From Paraspadella gotoi (lineage: Eukaryota; Animalia; Chaetognatha), in the NCBI GenBank assembly GCA_051294375.1, contig CM119267.1, positions 8,339,403 through 8,398,427 of the forward strand: a stretch of DNA of 59,025 nt. Direction: 5' to 3'. A model generated the notes under the pieces. It did not search any database. It was not told the DNA's origin and saw only the letters and a program-made list of their open reading frames with translations. Shown piece by piece: positions 1 to 13,693 of the stretch. Made by a program: the position numbers and the translations under genes. Position 1 is the stretch's first letter. Every line of letters begins with the position of its first letter.

Positions 1-199
1 AGGTTCCCCTGTTCCACGCAACAATTAAGACCAAGGTCAACAGCCCGACGAAAATATTACTTCATCTATGAAAGGATGTATAAATCATTTTTCCCTTCAA
101 GAAAAAAAAATGTTTTGGAAACACGAAAAGTTATTTTTTCCTCTTTCATAGTCGATCGGTCGCTCGACGAGAAGGTTGCCATCAATTACGATGAAGTCA

Positions 200-3100
200 N
201 NNNNNNNNNNNNNNNNNNNNNNNNNNNNNNNNNNNNNNNNNNNNNNNNNNNNNNNNNNNNNNNNNNNNNNNNNNNNNNNNNNNNNNNNNNNNNNNNNNNN
301 NNNNNNNNNNNNNNNNNNNNNNNNNNNAGACAAATTTTCATACTTAAGAATCATACTTATGATCTTTCATACTTGAGGTACTCTTTTACAATTCTTAGTT
401 TCTAAAATTAAGATAAACATAATTTTTTTTTGTCGGATTTGTTTGATAGGTAATAAAAATACAATTGTTTGATCAATTGATGAATTTAAAAAAAAAATCG
501 AATAAGATAAACTATAATGATTTCTTAGGTTTAATTCTTTATTTGATACGGATAGATGTAAATATGGATTTAAAATCATGAATCGGGCGAAGCTGATATC
601 AATGAAGAGACGAAATACCTCCTTTTTTCAGTTTTTCTTTTCAACCGTGAGTAAATAAGAAAAAAAAATTTATAGGAAAAAAAAGAACAACATAAAAAAA
701 AGAACAAAACAACAAAAAATCAGAAAATAAAAAAAAAAACGTTTTTTTTTTTCAAAAAAAAAGAAGAAAAAAACTGAAATCAAAGAAAATCGGAAGAAGA
801 TGAAAGCGATAATCTGAGAATCGAAGATCGCGACGGTCGTCGAACAAAAGGCGAAATGAACATAAACAAAAGGCGCGAAAGATGCGCACAAAAGACGTAT
901 TTCCGAGACGCTGAGACGTCGAGACCAAAAGACGCCACCCAATCCATCGTGGAACGCGGGGAAGGGAGAACTCACGAGGGGTGAATCATGAAGTCTTTGA
1001 GGGGCGTTTCGGGCTGGGGTTCAGTGATTATAACTTGAGGAAAGATATATTTGAATACAATGTTAATCAAGGATTACTTCAAAAGCTTAATTTAAATCCT
1101 GTAATTTTAAATTTCTTTGAGCAAATAATTTCAAACGTAAGATTGCGAATATTGAAAACTTCGAAAAAAGTAGTAATTTATTTTGCTGGAAATGATTATA
1201 ATAATTCTGAGTAATTAAAATTTATTNNNNNNNNNNNNNNNNNNNNNNNNNNNNNNNNNNNNNNNNNNNNNNNNNNNNNNNNNNNNNNNNNNCTGCACGG
1301 AAGTTGGGCAAACATCAAAAAGATGAAATATGTTTACTTTTGAAAATAAGCTTCTAAAAAAAAATCCTGAAAATATCTTGAAGAAAACGCTGCGAGAGAA
1401 AAATCCATAAGAATCGATGCTAAGATTTTATTTTTTAAGTTTTTTATTTTNNNNNNNNNNNNNNNNNNNNNNNNNNNNNNNNNNNNNNNNNNNNNNNNNN
1501 NNNNNNNNNNNNNNNNNNNNNNNNNNNNNNNNNNNNNNNNNNNNNNNNNNNNNNNNNNNNNNNNNNNNNNNNNNNNNNNNNNNNNNNNNNNNNNNNNNNN
1601 NNNNNNNNNNNNNNNNNNNNNNNNNNNNNNNNNNNNNNNNNNNNNNNNNNNNNNNNNNNNNNNNNNNNNNNNNNNNNNNNNNNNNNNNNNNNNNNNNNNN
1701 NNNNNNNNNNNNNNNNNNNNNNNNNNNNNNNNNNNNNNNNNNNNNNNNNNNNNNNNNNNNNNNNNNNNNNGGAAAAAAAAATAAACCGCAAGCATTTTGA
1801 AAAAAAAAAGAAATAAAGGGAAAAGAATTGAAACGTGGGGGAAGAAAGGCCGAGAAAGGTAAGGTCTATGTCTCCGTCGGGAGTCGGAAAAGTAAAACCC
1901 AGGTCCGCTGAGGTGAGGCAATGCTGAGAGAAAATATNNNNNNNNNNNNNNNNNNNNNNNNNNNNNNNNNNNNNNNNNNNNNNNNNNNNNNNNNNNNNNN
2001 NNNNNNNNNNNNNNNNNNNNNNNNNNNNNNNNNNNNNNNNNNNNNNNNNNNNNNNNNNNNNNNNNNNNNNNNNNNNNNNNNNNNNNNNNNNNNNNNNNNN
2101 NNNNNNNNNNNNNNNNNNNNNNNNNNNNNNNNNNNNNNNNNNNNNNNNNNNNNNNNNNNNNNNNNNNNNNNNNNNNNNNNNNNNNNNNNNNNNNNNNNNN
2201 NNNNNNNNNNNNNNNNNNNNNNNNNNNNNNNNNNNNNNNNNNNNNNNNNNNNNNNNNNNNNNNNNNNNNNNNNNNNNNNNNNNNNNNNNNNNNNNNNNNN
2301 NNNNNNNNNNNNNNNNNNNNNNNNNNNNNNNNNNNNNNNNNNNNNNNNNNNNNNNNNNNNNNNNNNNNNNNNNNNNNNNNNNNNNNNNNNNNNNNNNNNN
2401 NNNNNNNNNNNNNNNNNNNNNNNNNNNNNNNNNNNNNNNNNNNNNNNNNNNNNNNNNNNNNNNNNNNNNNNNNNNNNNNNNNNNNNNNNNNNNNNNNNNN
2501 NNNNNNNNNNNNNNNNNNNNNNNNNNNNNNNNNNNNNNNNNNNNNNNNNNNNNNNNNNNNNNNNNNNNNNNNNNNNNNNNNNNNNNNNNNNNNNNNNNNN
2601 NNNNNNNNNNNNNNNNNNNNNNNNNNNNNNNNNNNNNNNNNNNNNNNNNNNNNNNNNNNNNNNNNNNNNNNNNNNNNNNNNNNNNNNNNNNNNNNNNNNN
2701 NNNNNNNNNNNNNNNNNNNNNNTTTTTTTTGAAAGGCATTCCAAATAAAAAAAAGCGGATGTCTGTGGATTAAACGCTGGGCGCCGAAAGCCACAGGGAA
2801 AAAAATCGTGAAAAATTTTAGAATTTTTCCTTCCCTCTACATGAGTATGTATAGATATGTTGGGTTTTGTTTAAATTAGGATTTTAAGAAAAAAGTGACG
2901 GTTACGAGGATTGTTGGAGGCGTGTTTCGCTTTGCAAACGAATTTATTTTCATGACTCTATTTTATAAAGTTTACGAAAATTATAATCCGATGGAAATAT
3001 TTTCAATTTTTCGCTTAGAACAAACTTGACCCATTGNNNNNNNNNNNNNNNNNNNNNNNNNNNNNNNNNNNNNNNNNNNNNNNNNNNNNNNNNNNNNNNN

Positions 3101-3903
3101 NNNNNNNNNNNNNNNNNNNNNNNNNNNNNNNNNNNNNNNNNNNNNNNNNNNNNNNNNNNNNNNNNNNNNNNNNNNNNNNNNNNNNNNNNNNNNNNNNNNN
3201 NNNNNNNNNNNNNNNNNNNNNNNNNNNNNNNNNNNNNNNNNNNNNNNNNNNNNNNNNNNNNNNNNNNNNNNNNNNNNNNNTTTCCAGGACTTAAAACTTA
3301 AATAGAAAATGGAAATAAAAATTGACGAAAAATGGCCAATTTTTCCTTTTTTTTTAATCGATTCCTCGTCTCGCCAGATCGGCAAATATCCCAGGGAAGC
3401 GCAAAAAGCCTCTCATTAACGGAAAAAAACCCCGGAAAGTGAAAAAGGCAGAGGGGGGAGGGCGGCGTCGGTAGCGATGGTGGGGGGGGAGGGTGGACTC
3501 AGGGATAGAGGTGAGCCGGTCGATCAAGAAAACGGGGTAGAAGCCGTCGAAATTCCGAGCCCGAGGTCGCCGTCGTTGTTGTCTCGATCCTTCGCGACGA
3601 AAATGGTTAAACTTGGCAATTCAAAGCAGACGACCGATGGAACAGAAATTCCTGGTATAGGAATGACGCGTCGATGGAACGAGTCCGGAGAAGGCCGGAG
3701 CCTTCAGGGAAACCCCCGGGGATCGAATACTCAAGACTCAGAATTGAGAGACTCCCCTCTCNNNNNNNNNNNNNNNNNNNNNNNNNNNNNNNNNNNNNNN
3801 NNNNNNNNNNNNNNNNNNNNNNNNNNNNNNNNNNNNNNNNNNNNNNNNNNNNNNNNNNNNNNNNNNNNNNNNNNNNNNNNNNNNNNNNNNNNNNNNNNNN
3901 NNN
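200..3903. other. Cluster of six sized scaffold gaps (200-327, 1227-1292, 1451-1770, 1938-2721, 3037-3280, 3762-3903)
   Basis: N runs. ORFs spanning them are meaningless. Confidence 0.98.
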
Positions 3904-4341
3904 GCAAATGAAAAACTTAGAACGGAGACGACCTTACCTTCCTACGATCGGTCGGTAAATTGGTCGGTCGTTACATTTGTCGGTCGGTCCGTTAATCGGT
4001 AGGCTTGTCCGTTCGTCGGTTTAACGTGACCTCATTTCTCGGTTGAGAAAGGACATTCATTGCTTAATGCTCTTAGATCTTAAAAAGTATTTCACATCCT
4101 CGTTCATCTTCATTAATCCTCGTTCACCCTCGTTCGCCCTCATCTTTCTCCTTGGGAAAAGAAAAGACTTTCTCTCCTTTTCTCAAATCTTCTTTGTTTC
4201 TCAGAAATCACGAATTCAACTCAAAAATTTTGACAAAAAAAAAAAATCATTCCACGAAAATCCGCATTTCTCTTAACCAACTCCCCCCTAGCCCACCAAG
4301 CGGCACCCCTCTTGAACATCGGACACTCTTCTCTCCTCTTA

Positions 4342-4417
<76 letters not shown>

Positions 4418-5584
4418 TCTCTCTCTCCAGCATCCTTTTTTCTTCGGTATTTTATTTCTTGTCACCCTCTTCTCCTTAATTTTCCTTCTCCCCCTTTTCT
4501 CGCTAGAGACAGGTGCGGCCCTCGCAGGTGGCGACGATGAAAACGACGACGACGACGAAGACGACATCATGGAAACGAAATCTTAATTATTTCGTTTCAT
4601 TAGTAAATTTATAATCGTAAAACTGAGGTCGTCCTCTTTCGCCAATCGTAAGATAATAAAATATATTTCACAGTATGGCATAAAGTAATACATTTTATTT
4701 CTATAGTATTGGAAAACATGATATCTACGTAAGTAAATAAATGATTATTATCGAGAATATCGTCGTCCTAAATCACAGTCGTCATCTCTGCGTCGTCATC
4801 TCCATCGTCGTGGTCTTTAATGTCGACATCGTCGTCGTCTTCGTCTTCATCGCCGTCGTCGTCGTCATCGTCGTCGCTTGTGTGGTCTCCCCATCCGCGG
4901 AAATCGACGCCAACAGCAAAAACTCGCGAATTTCTTTGATGATTAAAGAAAAAAAAAATGTTTAAAAAGTTTTGATTCCTTGATTTCAGCTTTTCGTGCC
5001 AACGTCCTTCAAATGTATTTATTTATATTTCGAATTGATTCATTGAAGTATATAAAATACATAAACTGATATTTACAAGAAACACGAATTTTGATAAACG
5101 TCAATTCTCACATCTTGGGAACCACCCCTTTTCGGTTTTTCAAAAACCTCTCCCTCTCTGACCACATTAATCTTGACCCTTTTAAATTTTCCCGCCTCAG
5201 AGCCCCGCAAAAATGGGAAGGGGGGGGAGAGAGGGTGAAGCGAAAAATGAATTAAACCCTCGACGGCCGAGAATAATATTGATATTTAAAAAGTTCGCCT
5301 AAGAATTTTTAAGAAAAAGAATAAATTCTAACGGAGAAGAGAGAGTGAGAGGGAGGGAGCGAGAAAGAAAAAGAGGGAGGGAATATAGACAAAAAGGGAG
5401 GGACAGATGGAAAGAAAAAAAAATGAGAGAGAATATATAGAAATTTTTTTTTGTTCCCATCTGAAATTAAATTGAGTGACGATTTCTTATGAAGGAGAAG
5501 AAATAAACAAGTATAGACTAAAAAAAAACGGGGAACAGATGTAGGAATGCAGAACAGCGGTGAAGCCTGAGGAGAGAAGAAAAA

Positions 5585-5622
<38 letters not shown>

Positions 5623-5957
5623 AAAAATTTACTCAGGTTTCGTCCGCATATTTCAGAAATGCGTTTGCTCCATCGCGTTTCGAAACCAACGCGTAAGTCG
5701 TGAGGTGGTTGCAATTGAAAGAAATTGTGAAAGACGCCAATTTTAATGCGCCTAAGCCGCCATAAAACATTTTTTAGGAGATAAAAAGATAATTAATGGA
5801 ATTGACTATTATTGAAATGAAGTTAATATCGAAATGTTGGGGCAGGGGGAATCACCAAAATAATGAAGCAATCTTAAATATTCTGATAATCTTCAAGCCA
5901 TGATTGGTCAATCCCGCGCTACCGATCAAAAAAAACAAAAAAGAGAGAGATCCTTTC

Positions 5958-6205
5958 TTTTTTAAATTAGAAAATCCTGAGGCCATGGACGAAATGTATA
6001 AACTTTTGATAGCTTGTCCTTTAAATCCTGGCTTTTTTTTTGGCGCTATGCTTACATAATGGAGAGGGAATTATTTGAGTTGCTTGCCAAGCAATGCTTG
6101 GTACAGAGGATAGAGACAAAAAATTTTGATTTCTTTTCGCTCTTAATCTTCGTTACTATTATAATTTATACATAAATACATGTTCACCGGGAAGAGTTCA
6201 CGTCC
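5958..6205 (+). repeat. ~250-bp direct repeat, copy 1 (ends just before a 25-N gap)
   Basis: AATTAGAAAATCCTGAGGCCATGGACG...CCGGGAAGAG recurs at 7152-7400 with only a few indels. Confidence 0.9.
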
Positions 6206-7151
6206 CCCGNNNNNNNNNNNNNNNNNNNNNNNNNTCAACGCCATTATTCAGTTAAGCATGACTATCCAAACAAAATAAAAAAACAAATGACAGTACATGA
6301 TATACCAGTCTCCACGAGCACTCTCTTCTTCGAGCCTTAATTAGGAAAGGCTCCATTATTTTCCCTCATTTTTACATCTTTTCTTCTTTTTTGGAAAAAA
6401 AAGAAGAAAAAGAAAGAAAACAAATGTTTATTTCGGTATCCTGGATTCGACGGGACGACGCTTGCACGTTCCGGTCAAACGTCCAAGTTCGGCCGTGGAC
6501 GCCTGACCCGTCCTCGCGGCAGCCCGTCGTGTCCGATTCGAGTTCCTAATTCGGGGACTCGAGACCGAGATCAAGCGTCAGATCCAAATTTCTTATCGTC
6601 CGAGAAAAGCATTTTTTTTTTATTTCGATTTAATTTTGAAGTGCGTAATTAGAAGGGTGGGGAAAAAATGGGAGATGGTATGTTGAAGGCATGTGGATTT
6701 AGCTCTAATACCGCACAACCGTCCACTTCTCGCCGCCCACAACTCCCAGTCCCCAACAACCCTCCCCACAACCGTTCTCCACAAACCCTCCCCACTTTGG
6801 CTTACAGGACTCATTTTCTAAAGTTCCTTCTCACACTAATCGTAACCACGAATGCTTACCAAGGCTCGATTCGCAACAACACAAAACCCCCTGCCCCTTA
6901 ATACCCTGACATGTCTCACCCACCACCAACCACCTTTCTCGCGTCGCTCCCGTGCTCACTTTTCCCCCCCTCCCAAACCCACACCCACTTTTTTTTCACT
7001 CCGGCGCCATCGGTGTCGAATTCGTCCTCGTCCGAAAAATGAGAAAAAAAAAAATCCTTTCCTGTCTAAAAAAAAATAAAGCTTGACTGACTTTTAATGG
7101 TTATTAATAACAATAACGATGGAAATACGGAAGAATGGCCTCTCCCCTTTT

Positions 7152-7400
7152 TTTTTTTTAATTAGAAAATCCTGAGGCCATGGACGAAATGTATAAACTT
7201 TTGATAGCTTGTCCTTTAAATCCTGGCTTTTTTTTTGGCGCTATGCTTACATAAATGGAGAGGGAATTATTTGAGTTGCTTGCCAAGCAATGCTTGGTAC
7301 AGAGGATAGAGACAAAAATTTTGATTTCTTTTCGTCTTAATCTTCGTTACTATTATAATTTATACATAATACATAGTTCACCGGGAAGAGCTTTACGTCC
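7152..7400 (+). repeat. ~250-bp direct repeat, copy 2
   Basis: Near-identical to 5958-6205. Confidence 0.9.
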
Positions 7401-7402
7401 AT

Positions 7403-8323
7403 GTTTTTAATGTTGATTTTAAATTTCGTTTTTTGTCTTTTCTCCATCAAAAGTCACTGATGCTTGGTGAAGGAATTTTTCCTTTGAAACCAAGTTTTGT
7501 CTTTTTTCAATTGATACAATTTTTTTTCTGCTAAAAAGATAAATAAAAAAAACCTGTTTATAGTTGCGAATCTTTTCTGAATTGAGTAAAAAAAATATAG
7601 AAAAAAAAAATTATAAAACGAGTTTTTTTTTTGTCGAGTGGTCTAAGCCTCAACGGTCATTGCGAAGAGTAATACCACTTGGTTTTGTCGTAGCCGAAAT
7701 ATTTTAAATTAGTTAAGTCCTGGCGTTAATCTCTTTTAGACTTTCCGTTTCTAAGTATGTACATCATCATGTTTTACGGACTTTATATTCGCGGTAATAC
7801 TCCACATATTTCGATAACAACTTTCTGTTACGAATGCAAATTCCTTCCAGTGCATCTTTGCGTATCATGATCTCGCTTAGCTTTACCCAATACGTTGACA
7901 CGTCTCGTAAAAACACGGGCTCGAAGAAAAATATATATTAACAAGAAGAAAACAAAATTAATAAAACCACAAAAGTTGCCGACATCGGGCGGAGAGAAAA
8001 TAAAAATAATAACAAAGAAAAACAAAAATAAAAGAAAAGCAAAAAAAATGGTAACGGAACGAAGAGGAGCGAGCGAACTCAGGCCGTCAGCGGACGAGGA
8101 AAAGGTCGAGAGGTTTTCGTCGCGGTTGACAAACGAAGCGAATACGACAATCAGAAAAAAATAATAGTATTACCGCAGAAAAAAAATTGAGAGAAAATCT
8201 AATCCTAATAATGAAGAAAAAGGGAGAACAAAAACAATATATAACTCGAAAAAAAGGAAAGAAAATTGCGTCGGAAATTGAAAATAGATTGAAGAGAATT
8301 ATCTCTCTGCCTCCTCTCTCCTC

Positions 8324-8362
<39 letters not shown>

Positions 8363-9866
8363 CTCTCTTCTCTCTCTCTTCTCTCTCTCTCTCTCTCTCC
8401 TTAAATGACTTTCTTTGGTCAATCTTATGCTCGTCTCATTTTTTTATTTCTATGAATTTTACCAGTTGTTTTATGTTTTTTTAACTTAATTTCGATATCA
8501 GACCTCATCCACCATTAATCCTTTGAGAGGACCACAAGTGTGTCATCAAGTGTCTTAAGACCCTCGTTGGAGCGAGACCCGCAGGTACCCTGACTTGCGA
8601 CTGGGTCGGCAACAACGAGTGCCCTCCCATATGCATCGCGCTTTGCTAATATCACTACAGCAATTTACCTTGGCCCTTACTGTGCTACAGTTGCTTTATT
8701 ATCTGGATTCAAAACCTCTGGCGCTTTCGGCCTCTTGTCTTCTCTCTCTCTTCTCTCTCTCTCTCTCTCGTCTCTCTCTTCTCTTCTCTCTCTCTCGTTT
8801 GCTCTCATTAATTAGTCAAAACCGAGGGTTCTTTCAACCCGTCGTCCGGGCTGCGCGCTTTAAGCGCCAAACATCGCGTCAGCTCTACTTCAGTTTCCAT
8901 GAGTTTCCAACGCCACTCGAAGAGAAGTCTCCAAAACCGTCGGCTGGAAGTCTCTCGAAAACTTCTCACGCGTCTTTGAAATTTGACGCGGTTCCGTACC
9001 AGTGGAAGAAACAATCATGATACTGATTTATATAATAAATTTTGTAAACAGATGAATTAATCGAATATAATTATAACTAACTAATGTTAAAGAATTCTTG
9101 GGGTTGCATTGTATATTTGCCAGGTCACCGGTCGAGAAAAACTTTAAACCTTTTAGCTGCTCCTTCTACGGCTTTGAAATCACAAGTCGCCTAACATCTT
9201 ACTTTAAAATTCTCATTTTCAAGTTTTGGTCATCTTTTTTGGGGTAAAAAACTATTAAATCATTACACTATTAAGTAAATTTTACAACAAACATTCTTTG
9301 ATCATTTTTGGCGTTGTCCTTCAACGCGTGGAGCGAGTCACTGGTCGTGCAGTCTCCATCTCGCCAAACATAAGCCATTTCTCTCGTTCCCATGAGAACC
9401 AGCGATGGAATGGCATCGCGATCGTGGAGCGCGGTGGGAGTCTCTATTTAATCCGGATGCCTAATGATGAGGTAAAGTTAAGGGTAGGACGGAATCTGAA
9501 GTTCGGAGTCAACGAGACTTTCGACTTGTCGAACTTCGTTTCGTCGCTCGGAACGAAAAAGATACTTCTTTTGGGCAAGACTTCTGGCTGGTGAATTATT
9601 AGACATGGTCGGGTCGGTCGCTTTATTAATACCCTTATTCATTCCGCTTATTCATTCATTCATTTATTTCATTCATTCATTTTGCATCCTTGCACTTTTA
9701 TTCTCTCCTCTAATTTACGTATTTTAAAATTTTCACACGGTTTTACTTTTTTGCGTTCAAGCCAGATTATTTTTCGTTTTGTTTTCTTTTTAGCAAGCGA
9801 CACATTAATTTTTTTTTTCTGTTTGTCCTCGCAATACCTCACTCTGCACCACGTTTGTGTCTCCTC

Positions 9867-9898
<32 letters not shown>

Positions 9899-9912
9899 CT
9901 CTCTATCTCTCT

Positions 9913-9943
<31 letters not shown>

Positions 9944-12285
9944 GACACACCATTTAAACCACATTGGGCAGTCGCTAGTCCGTCCTCTTTCTTTTTTTCC
10001 ACTAAATATTTTTTTCCCTCTTTCCAAGAAAAGTTATTTTTTCCTTTGCGATTTTTTTCAACGCAAATCCGTCAGGTTTCTCCGGAAAATAAACCTCGCT
10101 CGACAACTATCTATATATTCATTTTATACTATATATTTTTTTATGACGATTGACGCACATGATCGTCGGTTTGGAATTTTGAGAATTAAAGAAGTTTCGT
10201 CTCCTCTTTTGAATTTTTTTCCCGGGGAGGATATATAATATTGTAATTGTAATTCTAATCCGTTGCTTCGAGCGATCCGGCCACCTAAGGTGTTCGAAAC
10301 TTGGATATTTGGAAGTCTCCCTATTTGGCGTAAACCTCCTCAACGGGGCAATATTCCGAACAGAGTCCGCTCAAGATAATTCCAAAACGGTTTACAGAAT
10401 TATCTTTAATTATATTGTATTATTACAAGAAACAAAAAATAGAGAAATTAAAACATAATAACAAAATATTCTTTGATTTTAAAAAATCTCATCCTTTCTA
10501 CCCAAACGAGTTTCGATTTCCCCCCCCCCCGTTTCCTCAGACTTCTTCGCGCCATCGCCGGCTTCCTCCCAGTTCTTTTTTATGCTCCCCCTTAAGAAGG
10601 CATTTCCCGACAGATATACAATTTTTTTTGAGCTCCCCTTAAGAGGCATTCCGTAGATTTGATACTTAAAGCATCCGGATATTATAGAGGATATGGTCTT
10701 TGTCGGCGCCGTGGAAAACCCGGACTCATCGCTCGAGGTTAACGAGGATTTTTCTCCTCCCAAGACGAGCTTAGCTTTAATCTCTTCTTAACTTTTCTGT
10801 TATTATTGGTTATCACATCTACTACGATAAAATTCCTTGCAAGCGGGCTTTTTCTTTTTTGGATCGGGTAACTGTTAAGCGGTCACATTCTTTTGAGCTT
10901 TTATTTAATTTTTGAGCTGCGGGACAGATACGCGTTCAGATTCGTTGTGTAACACGATGGAGCAGATATGAGCTGCTAAAGTATGATATCACACTGCTCG
11001 GAAATTATAATGCCTCAGGTCACGTTTTAAACTTTGACCGATAAAATAAACTACTCACAAATGTTTACTCATTACATTGCCATGCCCTGACGGGGGCTTT
11101 TTAATTTTTTTTTTACGTATATAATTCCTTTTTAAGTTAAAATAATCTTTCTCGTTATATTTGTAAATAGACACCTCGAGACTTATTTCTTTCTTAGCGA
11201 GTCACACACTACGCGTATATACGTGATCGTATCCAAGTCTCACTGTCGGCAACACGATGCGATATGTGAAAAAAAAAACAGGAAATTAAAATTTCGTGTG
11301 CAATGTCCTGATTTCCATATACGATTTTTAATACCTTGTGTTCAGAAATTTTAGAAAAAGTCATTTAAATGTATGACGAGCCACCATAAACAATTCATTC
11401 AGACTTCTGCAAACGGCATTTTCTGTGTGCAGTTGTGATTCAAGTTGTGATTTCAAACTTTCGCGCGAATCTCATGTTCGAAGCGAAGTGAAAGACAAGT
11501 CGAATTTAATCCCTTTTCCAATCGTTCAGGCCCAACCGCATTTCACCGCATTAACTATTCAATAAAATAAACGGAGACCCTTTAATCATTGTAATACCCT
11601 GCCTTTTTGGTCGAGAGTTTCTGGACTAAATCCCTGCTATTTTAATCTCGCTTTTATCAAAGACACTACCTACTTTAATAAATATAATATGATATATAAT
11701 GAATATACAGCATAAGTAAAAGGAAAAAGAATACGAATTCGGAGTTATTTTTTTCTTATCCCCTATCTTTTTATTGTATCCACATAGCCTCTTCCTATCC
11801 GTATCGTCACCTCCTCGGCCACTCACGTCTATAGCCCTATTCCTCTTCGTTCTCCTCCTACGAATTCATCCTAACTTTAATAATTTTTTTAGTACCTCAC
11901 TACTCGCTCTCTTCACAACCCTCCCAAGACCAGACATCTCTCCCAACTTCACCAGACTGTGCGCAAGAAGCCTCTAGCAAACCTATGTGTCCCACAAGAA
12001 ATAACGACACGGATCACGCCCTAACCAGTAACGCTGCTACACACCATTTAGCGATATAGCTCTGCGCCCTCTCGTCTACATGGTCGACCTCCGGCCTGAT
12101 CCCGCAACCCGACGCCGTCCTGCGACCAAGCAAGACTTCGTGCCAAGCTGCGTGCGGCTGACCTGGCGCCCCTCCTCTTTGGCCACACCTGGACATGCGC
12201 TCTCCTCCGACCGTTCTACACTCGCTCGGTCGTACTTTCTCCGCAATACGTACCCTCGCGTTTCTATAATTTAGTGCCTCTTTCT
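7403..12285 (+). repeat. ~4.9-kb tandem duplication, copy 1 (3' end degrades into C-rich noise)
   Basis: Collinear with 12318-17110 from AATGTTGATTTTAAATTTCG to TTTCTATAATTTAGTGCCTC. Differences are mostly 1-bp indels. Confidence 0.92.
8491..8648 (+). mobile_element. Deletion-riddled rendering of the 13421-13693 element in the other copy of the 4.9-kb duplication
   Basis: Same flanks. Anchors GACCTCA, CCACCATT, CTTAAG, AGCGAGACCCG and TCCCATATG occur in the same order, with bases dropped throughout. Confidence 0.55.
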
Positions 12286-13287
12286 CCGTCGCCACTGTTC
12301 GCGTGATCTATCTCCTCTTTTTTAAATGTTGATTTTAAATTTCGTTTTTGTCTTTTCTCCATCGAAAAGTCACTGATGCTTGGTGAAGGAATTTTTCCTT
12401 TGAAACCAAGTTTTGTCTTTTTTCAATTGATACAATTTTTTTTTCTGGCTAAAAAGATAAATAAAAAAAACCTGTTTATAGTTGGGAATCTTTTCTGAAT
12501 TGAGTAAAAAAAATATAGAAAAAAAAATTATAAAACGAGTTTTTTTTTTGTCGAGTGGTCTAAGCTCAACGGTCATGGAAGAGTAATACCACTTTGGTTT
12601 TTCGTGCACGAAATGTATTTAAATTAGTTAACGTCTGGCGTTAATCTCTTTTAGACTTTCCGTTTCTAAGTATGTACATTCATCATGTTTACGACTTTAT
12701 ATTCGCGGTAATACTCCACATATTTCGATAACAACTTTCTGTTTACGAAATGCAAATTCCTTCAGTGCATCTTTGCGTATCAGATCTCGCTTAGCTTACC
12801 CAAATCACGTGACACGTCTCGTAAAAACACGGGTCCGAAGAAAAAATATATTAAAAGAAGAAAAAAAATGAAATAAAAACACAAAGATGCCGACATGGGC
12901 GGGGAGAGAAAATAAAAATAATAACAAAAGAAAAACAAAAGTAAAAAGAAAAAGAAAAAAAAATGGTAACGGAACGAAGAAGGGAGCGGGCGAACTCAGC
13001 CGTCAGCGGCACGAGGAAAAGGTCGAGAGGTTTTCGGTCGCGGTTGACAAACGAAGCGAAACGACATCAGAAAAAAATAATAGTATTACGCAGAAAAAAA
13101 GAAATTGAGAGAAAAATAATCCTAATAATGAAGAAAAAGGGAGAACAAAAACAAATATAAACTCGAAAAAAAAAGGAAAGAAATTGCGTCGGAATTGAAA
13201 ATAGATTGAAGAGAATTATCTCTCTGTCTCTTCCTCTCTCTCTCTCTCTATCTCTCTCTCTCATCTCTCTCTCTCTCTCTCGTTCCT

Positions 13288-13330
<43 letters not shown>

Positions 13331-13420
13331 TGACTCTTTCTGGTCAATCTTATGCGTCTCATTTTTTTTATTCTATGAATTTTACCAGTTGTTTAATGTT
13401 TTTTTAAAAAAAACTATAAT

Positions 13421-13693
13421 TGTGGCGGTATATTCACACCGACCTCACGTCCACCATTGTTCAGCAAATCCATTTGGCCGAGCAGTGGGGAACACCACCA
13501 TCCAGGTTGGTGTTCCATTCCACAGTGTCCTTAAGTGACTTCCCCTCTGCCTACGTTTGGCAAAGCGAGACCCGTCCTAGGTAACCGCCGCCAGTGACTG
13601 GATGCGTCCACTGAGGGTCGGAAGCCCCCAAAGCCAACAGTGAGATGCCCCATCCCATATGGCGCATCACAGGCAACCCGGCTTGTTGCCATA
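13421..13693 (+). mobile_element. Second, diverged copy of the same element family (in noisy sequence)
   Basis: Starts TGTGGC and ends GTTGCCATA. A-box-like TGGCCGAGCAG at 13475 sits at a similar offset to copy A. Core GCCAGTGAC...CACTGAGGGTC...AGCCCC...GTGAGAT.CCCC...TCACAGGC aligns to 24981-25059. Flanks ATAAT / ATAT fit a 4-bp TSD with one indel. B-box not clearly recognisable. Confidence 0.65.

Noticed and set aside
76-3958. Long ORFs in the first 4 kb
   Set aside because: They are open only because they run through N gaps.
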